A DNA stretch of 64,000 nucleotides from Sedimentisphaerales bacterium (GTDB taxonomy: Bacteria; Planctomycetota; Phycisphaerae; Sedimentisphaerales; Anaerobacaceae): NCBI GenBank assembly GCA_963708075.1, contig OY970194.1:5856001-5920000 (forward strand). Reading direction: 5' to 3'. The notes below the pieces were generated by a model. That model did no database searches. It had not been told where the DNA came from and saw only the letters and a list, made by a program, of their open reading frames with translations. How positions within the stretch are numbered: the first letter of the stretch is position 1; each line of letters begins with the position of its first letter. Shown here one piece after another: positions 29,269-40,842 of the stretch. The position numbers and the translations under genes are program-made.

Positions 29269-29996
29269 GAATGCAACGGTAGTAGGCGGTTGTCGGTTGA
29301 GAATCGGCGTTCATCCACGTTCATCTGCAGTTGCGGTCCGTCTGCGTCCTGGCGTCTCGGCGCGAGAGGATCGGAAGAAGAAAAGGGGTCTGGCTTTGGA
29401 TTTAGGTGTCCCCGGGGAGGGGGGCGAGCATCAGCCCCTATCTTACACTTCAATGGGTATGCCGCCTGTCAGGGCGCAGGGCGCGAGCGGTTATTCTCCG
29501 GGGAAAGAAGGGGGAGACATCGTTGGGGGACGGACTCGTTGCGGATTGTGGATTTCGGATTGCGGAGTAGGCAGTACAGGCCATAGGCTTTAGGCCGCAG
29601 GCTGTAGGTTAATGGTCTCCGGCTTACGGCCTCCGGTCTCCGGGCGGAACGTTCAACAAGGCTGCCGGGCACGGCGGGGTCGGACACGGCTGTCCCATGG
29701 GTGCTGTCTGGGTCCACTATGTGGTATTACCACCTACCGTCGTCCCTGCAGTGGCATGGTTGTGGATGGGTGGGCTCTTACCTCCTTCCCTTCCTGTGTT
29801 TCTCCCTTCTCCTTCCACCCTCTGCGCGAGAGGATCAGAATCCGCGTGGGTTAAGAACCCACCCTACATCCTTATATTCCTTCTCCGTGGCCTCCGTGTT
29901 TTCGTGGTTAGAGATGCATTTCGTCGTTCCTAACCGCTGTGCTATAAAGGCGTTACGGCAATTGCGGGAAAATTTGATGCTTTTCGAACAATTGTA

Positions 29997-30026
29997 TGGA
30001 CAAAAGATCATAGCTGAGCTATGATC
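29997..30026 (+). promoter_or_regulatory. Putative promoter overlapped by a perfect palindromic operator
   Basis: TGGACA-17bp-TATGAT; GATCATAGCT-G-AGCTATGATC (30006-30026) covers the -10 box. Confidence 0.5.
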
Positions 30027-30140
30027 GTGGTTGGTTTATGATGGTTGATGGTTGATGTGTCAAATGAGAGAGGACCTGTTCAACTTCACAAATCACACAC
30101 CAAAAATCAACCATCAAACTTGATTGAGAAGGGCGAACTC

Positions 30141-30953
30141 ATGGCGAAGCAATCGACTTGTCACACCTGTATTTACGCGCACTGGGATCGGTGTGTGTGG
30201 ATGCGCAGCCTGGGGTCGGGATGGCCGGCGCGGCCGACGTGCGGGAACCAGCCGGACTCGTACGGGCGGATGAAAGAGTGTCCCTGCGGCTCGGTCTGCC
30301 GGAACTACCGGGCCAGGCCGCCTGTGCCCACGGGCGAGAATGTCAAGATGATCCCGCTGACGAACGGGTTCTACGCATATGTGGACGCTGAGGACTACGA
30401 GTGGCTCAATCAGTTCCATTGGCGAGCGTACAGCGCCGGGTACGCGGGGCGATGGGTAAAGGGCAAACTCATCTACATGCACCGTGAGATCATGCGGCCG
30501 CCGCGCGGAAAGATCGTGGACCACATCAATGGCAATGGGTACGATAATACTCGGGCCAACATGCGGAACATCACACGACGGCAGAACATGTACAACAAGG
30601 GCAAGCATGTCGGCACCAGTTCCATTTACAAAGGCGTCAGCTACGACAAGCGGCGTCAACAATGGTATGCGGCTATCCGCTTTGGCAAAGAGCGTTTCTA
30701 TCTTGGCTACTTCGACACGGAGGCAGAGGCGGCACGCGTGTATGACCGCAAAGCGGTCGAGTTGTTCGGGGAGTTCGCGGGGTTGAACTTTCCAGAGGAG
30801 TGGCCGCCGGAGCGCCGGGCCCAGGTGCATACGCAATGGCTGAAGGAGAATCGTAAGACACGCGGGAGAAAGAAAGTGAAGAGCGAGAAGAGGCCCGCGA
30901 AGCCCGGCGGGCGGAAGGCCGCGAAAAGGAAGCCGGCGAGAGACAAGGATTGA
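30141..30953 (+). CDS. Cys-rich N-terminus, HNH endonuclease and AP2 DNA-binding domain protein, copy 1
   Basis: CHTC...C...CRNY; MHREIM...VDHINGNGYDNTRANMR (HNH); YKGV...W.A.I...YLGYFDTEAEAARVYD...LNFP (AP2); basic tail. Confidence 0.88.
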   Translation: MAKQSTCHTCIYAHWDRCVWMRSLGSGWPARPTCGNQPDSYGRMKECPCGSVCRNYRARPPVPTGENVKMIPLTNGFYAYVDAEDYEWLNQFHWRAYSAGYAGRWVKGKLIYMHREIMRPPRGKIVDHINGNGYDNTRANMRNITRRQNMYNKGKHVGTSSIYKGVSYDKRRQQWYAAIRFGKERFYLGYFDTEAEAARVYDRKAVELFGEFAGLNFPEEWPPERRAQVHTQWLKENRKTRGRKKVKSEKRPAKPGGRKAAKRKPARDKD

Positions 30954-31363
30954 CTCTTTCATGGATACGTGAGATGTCTCACAACTTGAGCCGTAAGCAT
31001 GAGCTTGGCGGCTGACGACTATTTCACTTAACTACTCACCGAGCGATAAGGCCACGGACATCCGGCAAATCCATGCGACCAAACTCTCCCAAGTCGTGGG
31101 ACGACTACGGAGCACCTACGGACTGTGCCTAGGGAACGCACGCTGCGCCTGAGGAATCGCGAGTTCTCGAATCGGGGAAACCCCCTATTTGAAGGCGGAG
31201 ATTGTCGCGTATTGTCAAGTAAGAAAGAGCAGCAAGTGTGCTCGGGCGTTTCGGCGCATGTGTAAAGCGGGCACTTGTGCTTCGAGTCACAAGCGGAACG
31301 TGCCGACGGGAGATGTGCGCGCGTTGTTGTATCGCAAAGACCTTTTCTGGGGGACATGCCGGT

Positions 31364-32903
31364 ATGAAGATTGCTCTGATCTGCGTGGATAATGATGTGG
31401 AGGCCTTCGGGATTCGGAGTATCTCTTCGGTCCTGAAGGCGGCGGGGCACGAGACGAGGGTGGTTCTTATGAAGTCCGGGGAGCCGGCCTACTCCCGGCC
31501 GGCGCTCGATTCCGCCAGGGATCTGGTGGCGGACTCGGACGTGATCGGTCTGAGCTGTTTTTCGCGGGCCTCGCACAAGGCGATCCAGGTGCTGGAGCAC
31601 GTCCGGCCGCTCGGCCGGATCACCGTCTGGGGCGGCATCCACACGACCCTCAATCCGCAGGAGTGCGCCCGTCACGCCGACGTGGTGTGCTGGGGCGAGG
31701 GGGAAGGGTTCATGCTGGAGTTGGTGGAGCGGGCACAGAAGGGGGGCGACTGGCGGGGCATCGCCAACGCCGTGTATCAGGATGAGGGCCGGATCGTCAT
31801 GAACGAGGCACGGCCGCTGATTGCCGATCTCGACACGCTCCCGGCGATGGATTTCAGCCGCGAGAATGAGTGGCATCTGACGGCCGACCAGCTCGTCCGG
31901 GTGCCCGGCGTGTCCGACGATACGGCCGCCATCGGGTTCAGCGGCACCCGGGGCTGTGCCTTCCACTGCACCTACTGCTCCAATGCGAAGCTCCAGCAAC
32001 TGGTCGCGGGCAAGGGCCGGTACGTCCGGAAGCTGAGCGTTGAGAAGATGGTCGAGCAAACGGAAGAGCTGCGGAGGCGGTTCCCCAAGGCCGGGTGTCT
32101 CGAGTTCTACGATGAGGATTTCTGCGCCCGGCCCGTGGCAGACATCGAGCGGTTTTCGCGGGAGTACGCCGCGAGGGTGGGAATTCCGTTCGGGTGCATG
32201 GTTCTCGCCTCTGCAACTCTCGGAGGAGAAGATGGAGCTGCTGGTCAAGGCGGGGCTCTGGCGGATCCACATGGGGGTCGAGAGCGGCAGCGAACGCACG
32301 AAGACGGAAATCTACAACCGGCCCATGTCGAACGATGCGGTGCTGCACGCCGCGCGGATCATCCACAAATACCCGCATGTCGTGACGTACTATTTCCTGA
32401 TCATCGGCAATCCCTATGAGACACGCGCGGACCTGCTGTCTACCGCCCGCTTCCTGGGGGACCTGCCGCATCCGTTCTTTCTCCGGGTGTACAATCTGGT
32501 CTTTTTCCCCGGCACGCTTCTATATGAGGCCGCCGTCCGGGACAGGATCATCGAGGGCAGCCGGGATAGCGGGTTCGAGCTGGACTACGTCGCCGGGTTC
32601 GACTACGGGAAGCACCCATGGAAGCGGAAGAATCTGTACCTGAACGGGTTGCTTTACCAGATGGACGGTAAAGTCGCGCGCCACCGGCTGGGCCTCGTGC
32701 CCAGAGGCCTGCTCAACTTCCTGCTCCGGCCGCGAGTGGTGGCCTTCAACGAGAGGTATACCGTGGGCATCCGGGGCCTGATCACGTCCAAGCGACACCT
32801 CTGGAAGCTGCGAATCCTCCTCGCCCACGCGGTGCAGAAGCTTCTGAAAGATCCGCGAGTGATCTACAGAAATATGTCCCGGCTGTCGTTGAGAACCGAT
32901 TGA
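31364..32903 (+). CDS. B12-binding radical SAM protein (frameshift near 32200)
   Basis: WGGIHTT, GEGE, TRGCAFHCTYC; continues in ORF 32040..32903 with GVESGS and IIGNPYET. Confidence 0.85.
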
Positions 32904-32974
32904 ACGAGGCTCGGATCTCGGGCAATCCCTCCGGCAGACCAGCCAAAGGCTTGCCGCCGGTACACACGATGTGG

Positions 32975-34912
32975 CTATACTGTCTGCCGGAAGATGTTTC
33001 CCCAATGACGATTCACGGTCCGGTTGGGCAGCCAGTAGTTGCTGACCGAGTGCACGGAGTCGTTCAGAAGGTCCGTCCAGGGGCCATTGGCAGGGAAAGG
33101 CACATTGACTACTGCATCCTTGTCCGAGAAGTTGATAACGATGATGAATCGTTCCGTGTCATCCCAGCGATGGAAAATCACTACTTGCTTGTCCTCATGA
33201 AAGCCGTATCCCTTATCGTTGAACTGTGTGCTGTAGTCGTCGGCCGGGTAGAAGTTGGGCGACGACAAGGCGGGATGGCTGCTCCGAATGGCAGCCAGTT
33301 TGCTGTACCAGTGCATCAGGGGCTTCCCGAAGTCGTCCCCGGCCTGGAACCAGTGAATCGCCCGGTGGATCACGCGGGAGATGCCGGAGGCCGCCTCCTC
33401 ATGCCCTTCCGGCATCCATGCATCCTCGCCCCACTCCTGCCCGCTGTGCAGCAGGATCGCTCCCGGCGAGGTGAACAGCGCGATCATATAGGGTTGCGTC
33501 TGCCACCATAGCGATCGATTGTAGTAGCGGTTGTTAATCTTGTTTATCAACGTGCGATGATCGTGGTTCTCGATGTACATCACGGGCACTTTGCCTGCCG
33601 CGAAGTCCTTGTTCGAATTCAGCGCCCGCATCACCTGATTGTTCACGTGCTTGTACTCCACGGCGTCAAAGTAGGTCCAGAATGCGTTGTCCAGCCAGCA
33701 CCCATCGGCATCGATTTGGTTAGTCCTGTCGATGCATTCATATCCACTCAGGCATTCCAGGATCAGCGAGATGTTCTTGCGGGCAGGGTCCTGGGCGATG
33801 TAGTCCTTGAGGTCGATGATGAGTCTGGGCAGCCCGTGTGCCTTGTCGCTCGTATTACAGAACCCCTTGACGTAGTCAAAGCGAATGCCGTCAACCTTAA
33901 AAACGTCTATCCAGTATTTGCACACGTCCAGAATGAACTCCTGTGTGCAGCGGTTGTTGTAGTCGAGATCGGGGCCAAACTGCCATTCGCCAAAATCCCC
34001 GATGAACGGCGACAAGTCGTGGTCCCGGTACATCGTCCGGTACGGGAATGGGTCTGCCACGTGATTGAATACCCCGTCCATGATCACATGGATACCCTCC
34101 TTATGAAGCGCGTCGATCAGGGCCTTGAGCTGAGAGAGCTTCTCGAGCGGGTACTTCTTGTCATCCGTATACCGATTGGTCACGGCGAAGAACAAGCAGG
34201 GCATGTATCCCCAGGAATATCCACTCCCGGGGCTTCCAGTCCAAGGGAGTATCTCCACAGCGTTGACACCCAGTGATTTGATGTGCTGGATTTTGTCAGC
34301 AAACTGCATCGCCTGTAAAGGTGCTTCATTGCCGCGATACTCCCACGTGAAATCCTCCAGGTGCAGTTCATAGATGATGAGGTCCTTCAACGGCAGGCGG
34401 TTGGCCAGGTTGACGGGCGTTATCCATCTGTTGCCCCCGATCACGAATCCCGACCGATCTCCATCGGTGTCGCAATCGTGGTACTTGCTGCAGGGATCAC
34501 ACACCTGGCGTGACTCGGAACTGTCCTTGTACGTCACTACGTACCGGTATTGGAAGTATCCATCTTTGGCGGGCAGGACCGCGGACTCGTACAGCCATCC
34601 TTTGGGCGCCTCGGGCGGATCAGGATAAGGCCGCGGTTGCAGCATCGAAGGGGCGGAAGCAACGTCCCAGTCGGCTCCGTGGTTTGTCGCCTGCTGGAAA
34701 TCCCCGACGATCTTGATGCCTGCGATGTCGGGCTTGCCCGCGTGATTTATGATTGTGTTCCCCTGGTCGTCCTTGATTTCATTTCCCTGGCTGTCTCTGA
34801 CGATGAATTCTCGAAAGTACTGATTGGGGTCCTTCTCATGATCCGGGAAGAAGACTCTGAACTGGACGGTTTTATTCCCGTGGTCAACCACGGCTCCAAG
34901 TTTCTCGTACAT
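32975..34912 (-). CDS. GH13 alpha-amylase / branching-enzyme family glycosidase
   Basis: IYELHL, LGVNAVEILP, WGY, MDGVFNH, DGIRFD, ENHD. Confidence 0.9.
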   Translation of the reverse strand: MYEKLGAVVDHGNKTVQFRVFFPDHEKDPNQYFREFIVRDSQGNEIKDDQGNTIINHAGKPDIAGIKIVGDFQQATNHGADWDVASAPSMLQPRPYPDPPEAPKGWLYESAVLPAKDGYFQYRYVVTYKDSSESRQVCDPCSKYHDCDTDGDRSGFVIGGNRWITPVNLANRLPLKDLIIYELHLEDFTWEYRGNEAPLQAMQFADKIQHIKSLGVNAVEILPWTGSPGSGYSWGYMPCLFFAVTNRYTDDKKYPLEKLSQLKALIDALHKEGIHVIMDGVFNHVADPFPYRTMYRDHDLSPFIGDFGEWQFGPDLDYNNRCTQEFILDVCKYWIDVFKVDGIRFDYVKGFCNTSDKAHGLPRLIIDLKDYIAQDPARKNISLILECLSGYECIDRTNQIDADGCWLDNAFWTYFDAVEYKHVNNQVMRALNSNKDFAAGKVPVMYIENHDHRTLINKINNRYYNRSLWWQTQPYMIALFTSPGAILLHSGQEWGEDAWMPEGHEEAASGISRVIHRAIHWFQAGDDFGKPLMHWYSKLAAIRSSHPALSSPNFYPADDYSTQFNDKGYGFHEDKQVVIFHRWDDTERFIIVINFSDKDAVVNVPFPANGPWTDLLNDSVHSVSNYWLPNRTVNRHWGNIFRQTV

Positions 34913-35037
34913 ATCAGCCTCCCTTGCAACCCTGCTGGTAAACGCACCTCGTTCGCCGTACACAGGCATCCATTGTACGGGCTGCAACGAATATGTCTAT
35001 CATCAAGAATGTGGACGGCGCGGCAGGGTGCGGCCGA

Positions 35038-35191
35038 CATTCGGTGGCGGATTCCGGTTCTCCGCGTAGGACGAGCGTCCCCGCTCGTCCATTGCAGGGA
35101 TCTGCAATCGACAGGATGTGGTGCGAGGCCATGCGACAAAAGGGGCGAGCGGGGACGCTCACCCTACGAAGAGCGGCACCAATCGCCACCG
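35038..35191. repeat. REPIN-like element, copy A
   Basis: CATTCGGTGGCGGATT...CGTAGGACGAGCGTCCCCGCTCGTCC ... GGGCGAGCGGGGACGCTCACCCTACGAAGAG...GCCACCG. Confidence 0.75.
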
Positions 35192-35300
35192 TATTCCGAC
35201 CACATCCGCGCGGCAGAGCGCCCCCGAAGGGCATGATGGTAACCAGTAGGTCTTTGTGACCCCAGTCCCTCCCCGATTGTCTTGAGCTCCGAATTTCGCC

Positions 35301-35329
35301 TTGACAATACACGGCACATGGCGTAGGCT
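35301..35329 (+). promoter_or_regulatory. Sigma70-type promoter
   Basis: TTGACA-17bp-TAGGCT upstream of the GH43-like gene. Confidence 0.45.
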
Positions 35330-35493
35330 CCGGTCGCGAACTTGATGGAACCTCTCCGAGACGTAGCGACATGGGGCACGGGACCGCAGGAATAACTGGA
35401 ATCGTGATGACAGTCATATATCAAGCGATCGAAGGATGCGTGCGCGTCACGTAATTGCTCGCGGCTGTTCTTGTCAGGAGGCATCCACGGACC

Positions 35494-36558
35494 ATGTTGA
35501 ATCGTATGAGACTTCATCTACGTTGTGTGTGGCTAGTGGTGGTGAGCGTGTTCTGGGTGGGGGCGGGGTGGGCGCAGATGCCGGATCCGCCGGGACAGGT
35601 TGGGGCGGGCCAGACGCCGAAATATCAGGCGTATCTCTTCGCGCACATGCTGCATAGCGATTACGGGCGGTTGTATTACAGCGTCAGCCTGGATGGGCTG
35701 CACTGGGAGATGCTCAATGGCGGTAGGCGCGTCAACGAGGAATATCGTGGACACCCCGACATCTGCAAGGGGCACGATGGGCGGTATTACCTCGTGGGCA
35801 ATCGCGGGGATGAGCGGCCCGACATCAACTTCTGGGTCTCCGACGATCTGGTCGCGTGGACCAGGTACGGCGACTACGTGCCGGACCTGAAGCGCGTGCC
35901 CGAGTACCCGAAGGCCATGGCGCGGATTGGGGCGCCGAAGCTGTTCTTCGATGAGGCCGGGTCTCAGTACCTGCTCACCTGGCACACCCCGCACGACCTC
36001 GGCCGCACCGACCTGCCGGAACCGTACTGGGCGAGCCAGCGGACGCTCTACGTGACATCCAAGGACCTGAAGACCTTCTCCGATCCGCCTCGCAAGCTAT
36101 TCCCGTGGGACATGGCGACAATCGATGTGATTGTCCGCCGGGAAGGCGACCGCTATTACACCATCCTGAAGGACGAACGCTATCCGACCCTGGACTGGAC
36201 CACGGGCAAAACGATCCGCATCGCCGGTGCGTCGAGTGTGCTGGGGCCGTACTCCGAGCCGGGGCCGCCGATCAGCCCGAACTTCCGCGAGGCCCCGACT
36301 CTCATCCCATCGCCCAACGGCAAGGCCTGGTATCTCTACTACGAGCAGTATCCCGGCGTCGCCTACGGCCTTTCGGTTGCGGCCCGACTCCAGGGTCCAT
36401 GGGTCCAGATTGCCGGCGGGCAGCGCCCCGATTGGGACAAGTATGCGTTGCCGGCGAACGTGCGGCATGGCTCCATGCTCCCCGTCACGCGCTCGCAATA
36501 TGACGCCCTGACAGCCGCCTTCGCCAAAGGCTCCGCCCAGGGAAGGACAGGCAAGTAG
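35494..36558 (+). CDS. Secreted five-bladed beta-propeller glycosidase (GH43-like)
   Basis: Signal peptide; YYSVSLDGLHW, GHPDI, APKLFFD, TIDV, EAPT, RHG. Confidence 0.8.
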   Translation: MLNRMRLHLRCVWLVVVSVFWVGAGWAQMPDPPGQVGAGQTPKYQAYLFAHMLHSDYGRLYYSVSLDGLHWEMLNGGRRVNEEYRGHPDICKGHDGRYYLVGNRGDERPDINFWVSDDLVAWTRYGDYVPDLKRVPEYPKAMARIGAPKLFFDEAGSQYLLTWHTPHDLGRTDLPEPYWASQRTLYVTSKDLKTFSDPPRKLFPWDMATIDVIVRREGDRYYTILKDERYPTLDWTTGKTIRIAGASSVLGPYSEPGPPISPNFREAPTLIPSPNGKAWYLYYEQYPGVAYGLSVAARLQGPWVQIAGGQRPDWDKYALPANVRHGSMLPVTRSQYDALTAAFAKGSAQGRTGK

Positions 36559-36834
36559 CGCCTTCGAGTGTCCATAATGACGATTTCACAGTTGGGTGGC
36601 AGCGGCAAGTGGAGTCTTTGGAACTTGCCGATGGCGTACAGGCGTGAACACCAGCCATCGTAATCGGTGCTCTCTACACGCATTGCTTCAATAGTCGTGC
36701 TACCGGAATGACGGCTGTCCCTCGCAAATGAAGAAGGGCTGCGCACGCTTGTGGCAGCCCTTCGGTGAACGTGATGCGACGGATTCTCAGAAGGTCCCGC
36801 GTCGGCGGAGCAAGCCGATCAGGGATGCGGTCGC

Positions 36835-37011
36835 CATTCGGTGGCGGATTCGGGGCTCCGCGTAGGACGAGCGTCCTCGCTCGTCCTCTTTCGGCTGTGG
36901 CCTTGTACAGTATCCAGTCTGTTGCAAGGGCCCGGACTGGTCGTGCGGGGACGCACGACCCCCGATCAGGTCGGGGGCAGGCTCTACGAAGAGGCTCGCC
37001 GACTGCCACCG
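36835..37011. repeat. REPIN-like element, copy B, with a nested mini-hairpin
   Basis: Same ends as copy A; the right REP is interrupted by CCCCGATCAGGTCGGGGGCAGGCT. Confidence 0.7.
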
Positions 37012-37326
37012 TTCCAGCGTGCGCCGTTGCCGGGCCGTCAGCTTGGGTCGGCGACCGGGATGCGGCGTGCCGTTCACGCCCTCCCACCCCGCCGCACGAC
37101 AATACATCAAAACATCTATTATTCTGACCGATTTCCGCCCCGCCGCCCTTCGTTTTCAAATCAAACATCAAAAATCAAATATCAAACTTCATGCCGTCAC
37201 GCCAACTCAACTTCAAACCTCAAACATCGCACTTCACACTTCTTCTTGTCCCCCTTCCGAATTCCAATGGTCTTCCGTTCGCCCGCTAAGGATTAAAATA
37301 AGCGCTGACCCTCCACTCCCCTCCAC

Positions 37327-40300
37327 TCATTCAAGGCCCAGCCTCGCAGCTAATTCCTTCAGCTTCTGCTTGAGTTTGGGACTGATGTTTGTCTCCAAGA
37401 GTCTACCCATGATCTCCTTGGCCTTGTACCAAACATGCTGCGCCGATCCCAGTGACCCAAGATAAGTTAACAATGTTGCCACTGATTCTGGGTACTGCTC
37501 TGGGAGGTTGCTTTTGTCCAGGCTGTACATCATGGTAGTCAATTCGAGTGGGTTTTGGGGCATCCGAGTGGCTACGCTAACAGCTTCGGGAAATACCGCT
37601 GGCAGATGTGGCAACCAGTCCACCATTCCTTGGACCTCGCCTGGACTAAGGGGAATTGGCACGCCTTGTATGCGATTCTCCCAGTACCGCTTGAGCCAGC
37701 GATTCCACCAGTCTTTTTGGCCCCGATCATCCATACCGCGCAGAAAATGCTCTACTTGGGAGGTAAATAGGCCGCCGGTTTCCTGCCCACCATCGCTAAG
37801 GAGTTCAGGAATCCATTTATCGAGAGGACTGTCTACGAACGAACCAAGAACAAGCGTATAATACTCAATGAAGCGATCCTTGTGATTGGCTAGTTCATCC
37901 TTTAGCCGGCGAACTGCCTTCAAAAAGGCAGGCCCCATGGCCTCAACCACCGACGGATTAAGACGACCCCATGTCAAAAAACCCTCCCAAGCTGCCTGAA
38001 AATCGAGTGTACCATTATCTGGATCGAAGAGGGGCAACAAGCACGAACGCGTCCATGCTTCATCAGTTGCTAGCAGAAAAGCAAACTGACTTGCGAGAAT
38101 CGTCCTGCCTAGCCTGCCTAATAACGACTGCTCCTGCGCTATGGTTGATAAGGCTTGGCGATAATCATCGTCAGAAATCCCGCCTATAGGATGCTCGTGC
38201 TGTTGCCACAGTGAAAGACTCTCCAACCAGAACTCGGCCAAGATGCCAGCAGGCCTGTTGATAGCCAAATCGACCCAGCCATCGGTGGCGCTCATCCCGT
38301 CATCGTGGTCCAGTGTTCTCCACAGGCCAGAGGCTATTGAGTTTGCTCGGGGCAGTAGATGTCGGATCTGGGTCTTGCCACCGTTCTTGACCACCGCGTG
38401 GAGGAGGCTGGCTATATCGTACGCGTGTACTACGTACAGTTCTTCCCTCCCTACCCAATCGAGTACTTGAGTTGCTTCGGTTTCGGTAAGTTCTATCTCC
38501 GACCAAGCTCGCATTAGGGGGCCCCAGAGATCAGCGTCCCATTTGCCATCTTTAGCCAGACTGGCTGCCAAATCGAATCCCCATGTTCGCCGGGATTTCG
38601 CAGCCTCTTTGATGATGGAAAGCAGGTGCCATCGGTCACTAGTGGAATTTGAGGGTTGAAAGGGCAGCAATTCTTCAAGCCACTCCAGGGCTGACTTCGC
38701 TAGAAGAGTCTCAACGCTCCACGGGTGCTGGCGATCAGAGCCACCTTCACTGATCCAGTGCGTTAGGTCTGGATGGTCACGGGGGCGCCAATTGGGATAT
38801 TTCCCTGATACAGTGTCTATGGCTTGCTTGGCGAAGTCACACTGAGGTGCAGCGGCATGGATCCAGTGGAGCCAGTCAAAATGACACCTCGCCGTACGTT
38901 GTTCCTTATCGGCGTCTTCCTCATTCGCCCAGCGAAACGTCAGTACCGCCTCAATGATCTTCTTACGCCAATCGGGACTCGCATCTGGGTACGCGGATGC
39001 GACTAACCGATAGACCTCATGGTGTGCCTCCACGTCATGCAGTCCGCCGTGAGTCAACAACCAGGCAAGTTTTTCATCAGGGGAAATATCCCTGCTTGCG
39101 TTGGTCGCGTGCAACGCCAGACGGCGCAAAATAGGAGCCTTCGACTGGGAGAAATATTCACACCACCGCGACGCCGCGCTGGTTCTATTCGCGATGAGCC
39201 ATTCGAGGCAGTCTCTGCCTGCGTCAATCAGCACATCGTGTGCCTGCAGAAACCTATCTTGATCGTGAGGTTCGATGGCGGACCGGCGCCAGCTAAAGGG
39301 ATCCAATCCAGGACCAGCCTTCTGCCAAGCCTCCAATACAAAATGGTACGACTCTATGCACTGGAAGATTTGGATTAGCAGGGGCTCAGCTACTTGATCA
39401 AGCTTAGAGCGTAGCCCCTTCTCCCAGATATCTCTGAGTGCATGATGCTCTGCTGCGGGCGCAACATCCACATCAATCTTGTGGCCAGCCAATGTTCCGT
39501 CTGGCCGGGGCCAGACAAAACCAGGACGAAGTCGTAGGCTCCTTTGAGCCATCGCATTGAAAACATCTAGAAGACTTGACAGGTTTCCCTGTTCAATGCA
39601 GCGTTCACCCAGCCAGTGGAGCATGCTCTCCGAGCCAACTGGAAAGGTTTCGAGGAGCAGGGATATCCAGCGGGATAGGAGCGGATTTTCTATCGCTGGT
39701 CCTTCTGGCCAAGCCACTTTGCGCGAGCGCTAGCCAAAAGACCGGACTCAGGCGCATCTTGTGGCTCGCTATCAGGAGGAAGAGATCCTCGGAATTACCG
39801 GCTAGAAATCGCTCCGCAAGCCAAGACGCCAAAAGCCCATCTTGTTCAGACGTCCCCCGATCCTCGAAGAGCCCATTCAAATGCTTGCGGTCATCAAGCC
39901 ACTCGATCCACTCGGCTGATGAGGCGGCCTTTATGAAAAAACGAGTAGTGGCAACGTCCTGCAGGGAATGCTCAATGATACTTATCGTCTCTTCGTCGAT
40001 AGGTGGAGTCTTACTAGCCATCTCCGTTATCTCTCGCTGCCAGTCAAGAATAGTGCGCCTGACAGTGTCGGCAAGACATCTGACACCTTTATAAAGCGAA
40101 GCGTGGTCCTTCTTGCCGCGATGGCCATACGTGATCGGTTCAATGCCCAATATATTCCAACGTTGCACACTCTCAGTATCAGGTGTCAGCGCAAATCGCC
40201 GTGCACTTTCTCTCGGAATGGCCCTCGCCAGATAGCTAATAACAACGTCTTTGTGGCTATACCCAACAAAGAGCACGGTCCAGTTCTGGAATAGGTCAAC

Positions 40301-40842
40301 CAGAAACCGTCTCGCCCATCCTTCAGTCAAGTAGGCACGACCGAAGTCTGCGTCCGTAAGCACGAGGTTCTAGGCTGGCTGACCGCACCATGTATGTGCA
40401 AGATTCCCCTAAAGTCTCTCCCCAGAGGTAATGCTGGAGCGCGAAAGACCTCAGGCTGCTTTCGAAATAAGTCTTCTGCGGCCTGCTCGAATAGTAGATC
40501 GAAGTTTGTTGTGACCACGCGAACTGATCGGGGATCGCTATACAGCCTCAACAAGTCTCGATGCAAAGCTGTGTGGCCCAGTCCTTCCCTCGAGAGCAGA
40601 CTTGCGGCTATTTCGTGAACCTGTATCCCGCTGTGCTGTAGTCTCCCTAGAAAACGGTCATCGGGCTCGCCCTTCTCTGGAAGTTGGCCTGTGCCCGTCG
40701 CAATCCGCAGAGCCAATCGGCGGAAGTCCGGGAGATTGGCTGGCCTGCCCATGGAGACGCCCGCGCCTGCAAAGACCACAAGCTTCTCGTCGCGAATTGC
40801 TCTCAACACCGCTTCTGGGAATTCTATACCCCGGATTTGCAT
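37327..40842 (-). CDS. SIR2-domain / DUF4020-type defence-associated sirtuin (Dsr1-like), about 1170 aa, frameshifts near 40370 and 39710
   Basis: Three overlapping ORFs join into one chain: VFAGAGVS..LPDF, VVTTNFDLLFE, HIHG, LTDADFGRAYLTEGWA, LFVGYS, then a long Trp-rich helical C-terminus. Confidence 0.82.

Noticed and set aside
30141..30953. Prophage or group I intron around the HNH/AP2 genes
   Set aside because: No phage structural, replication or integrase genes nearby, and no interrupted host gene.
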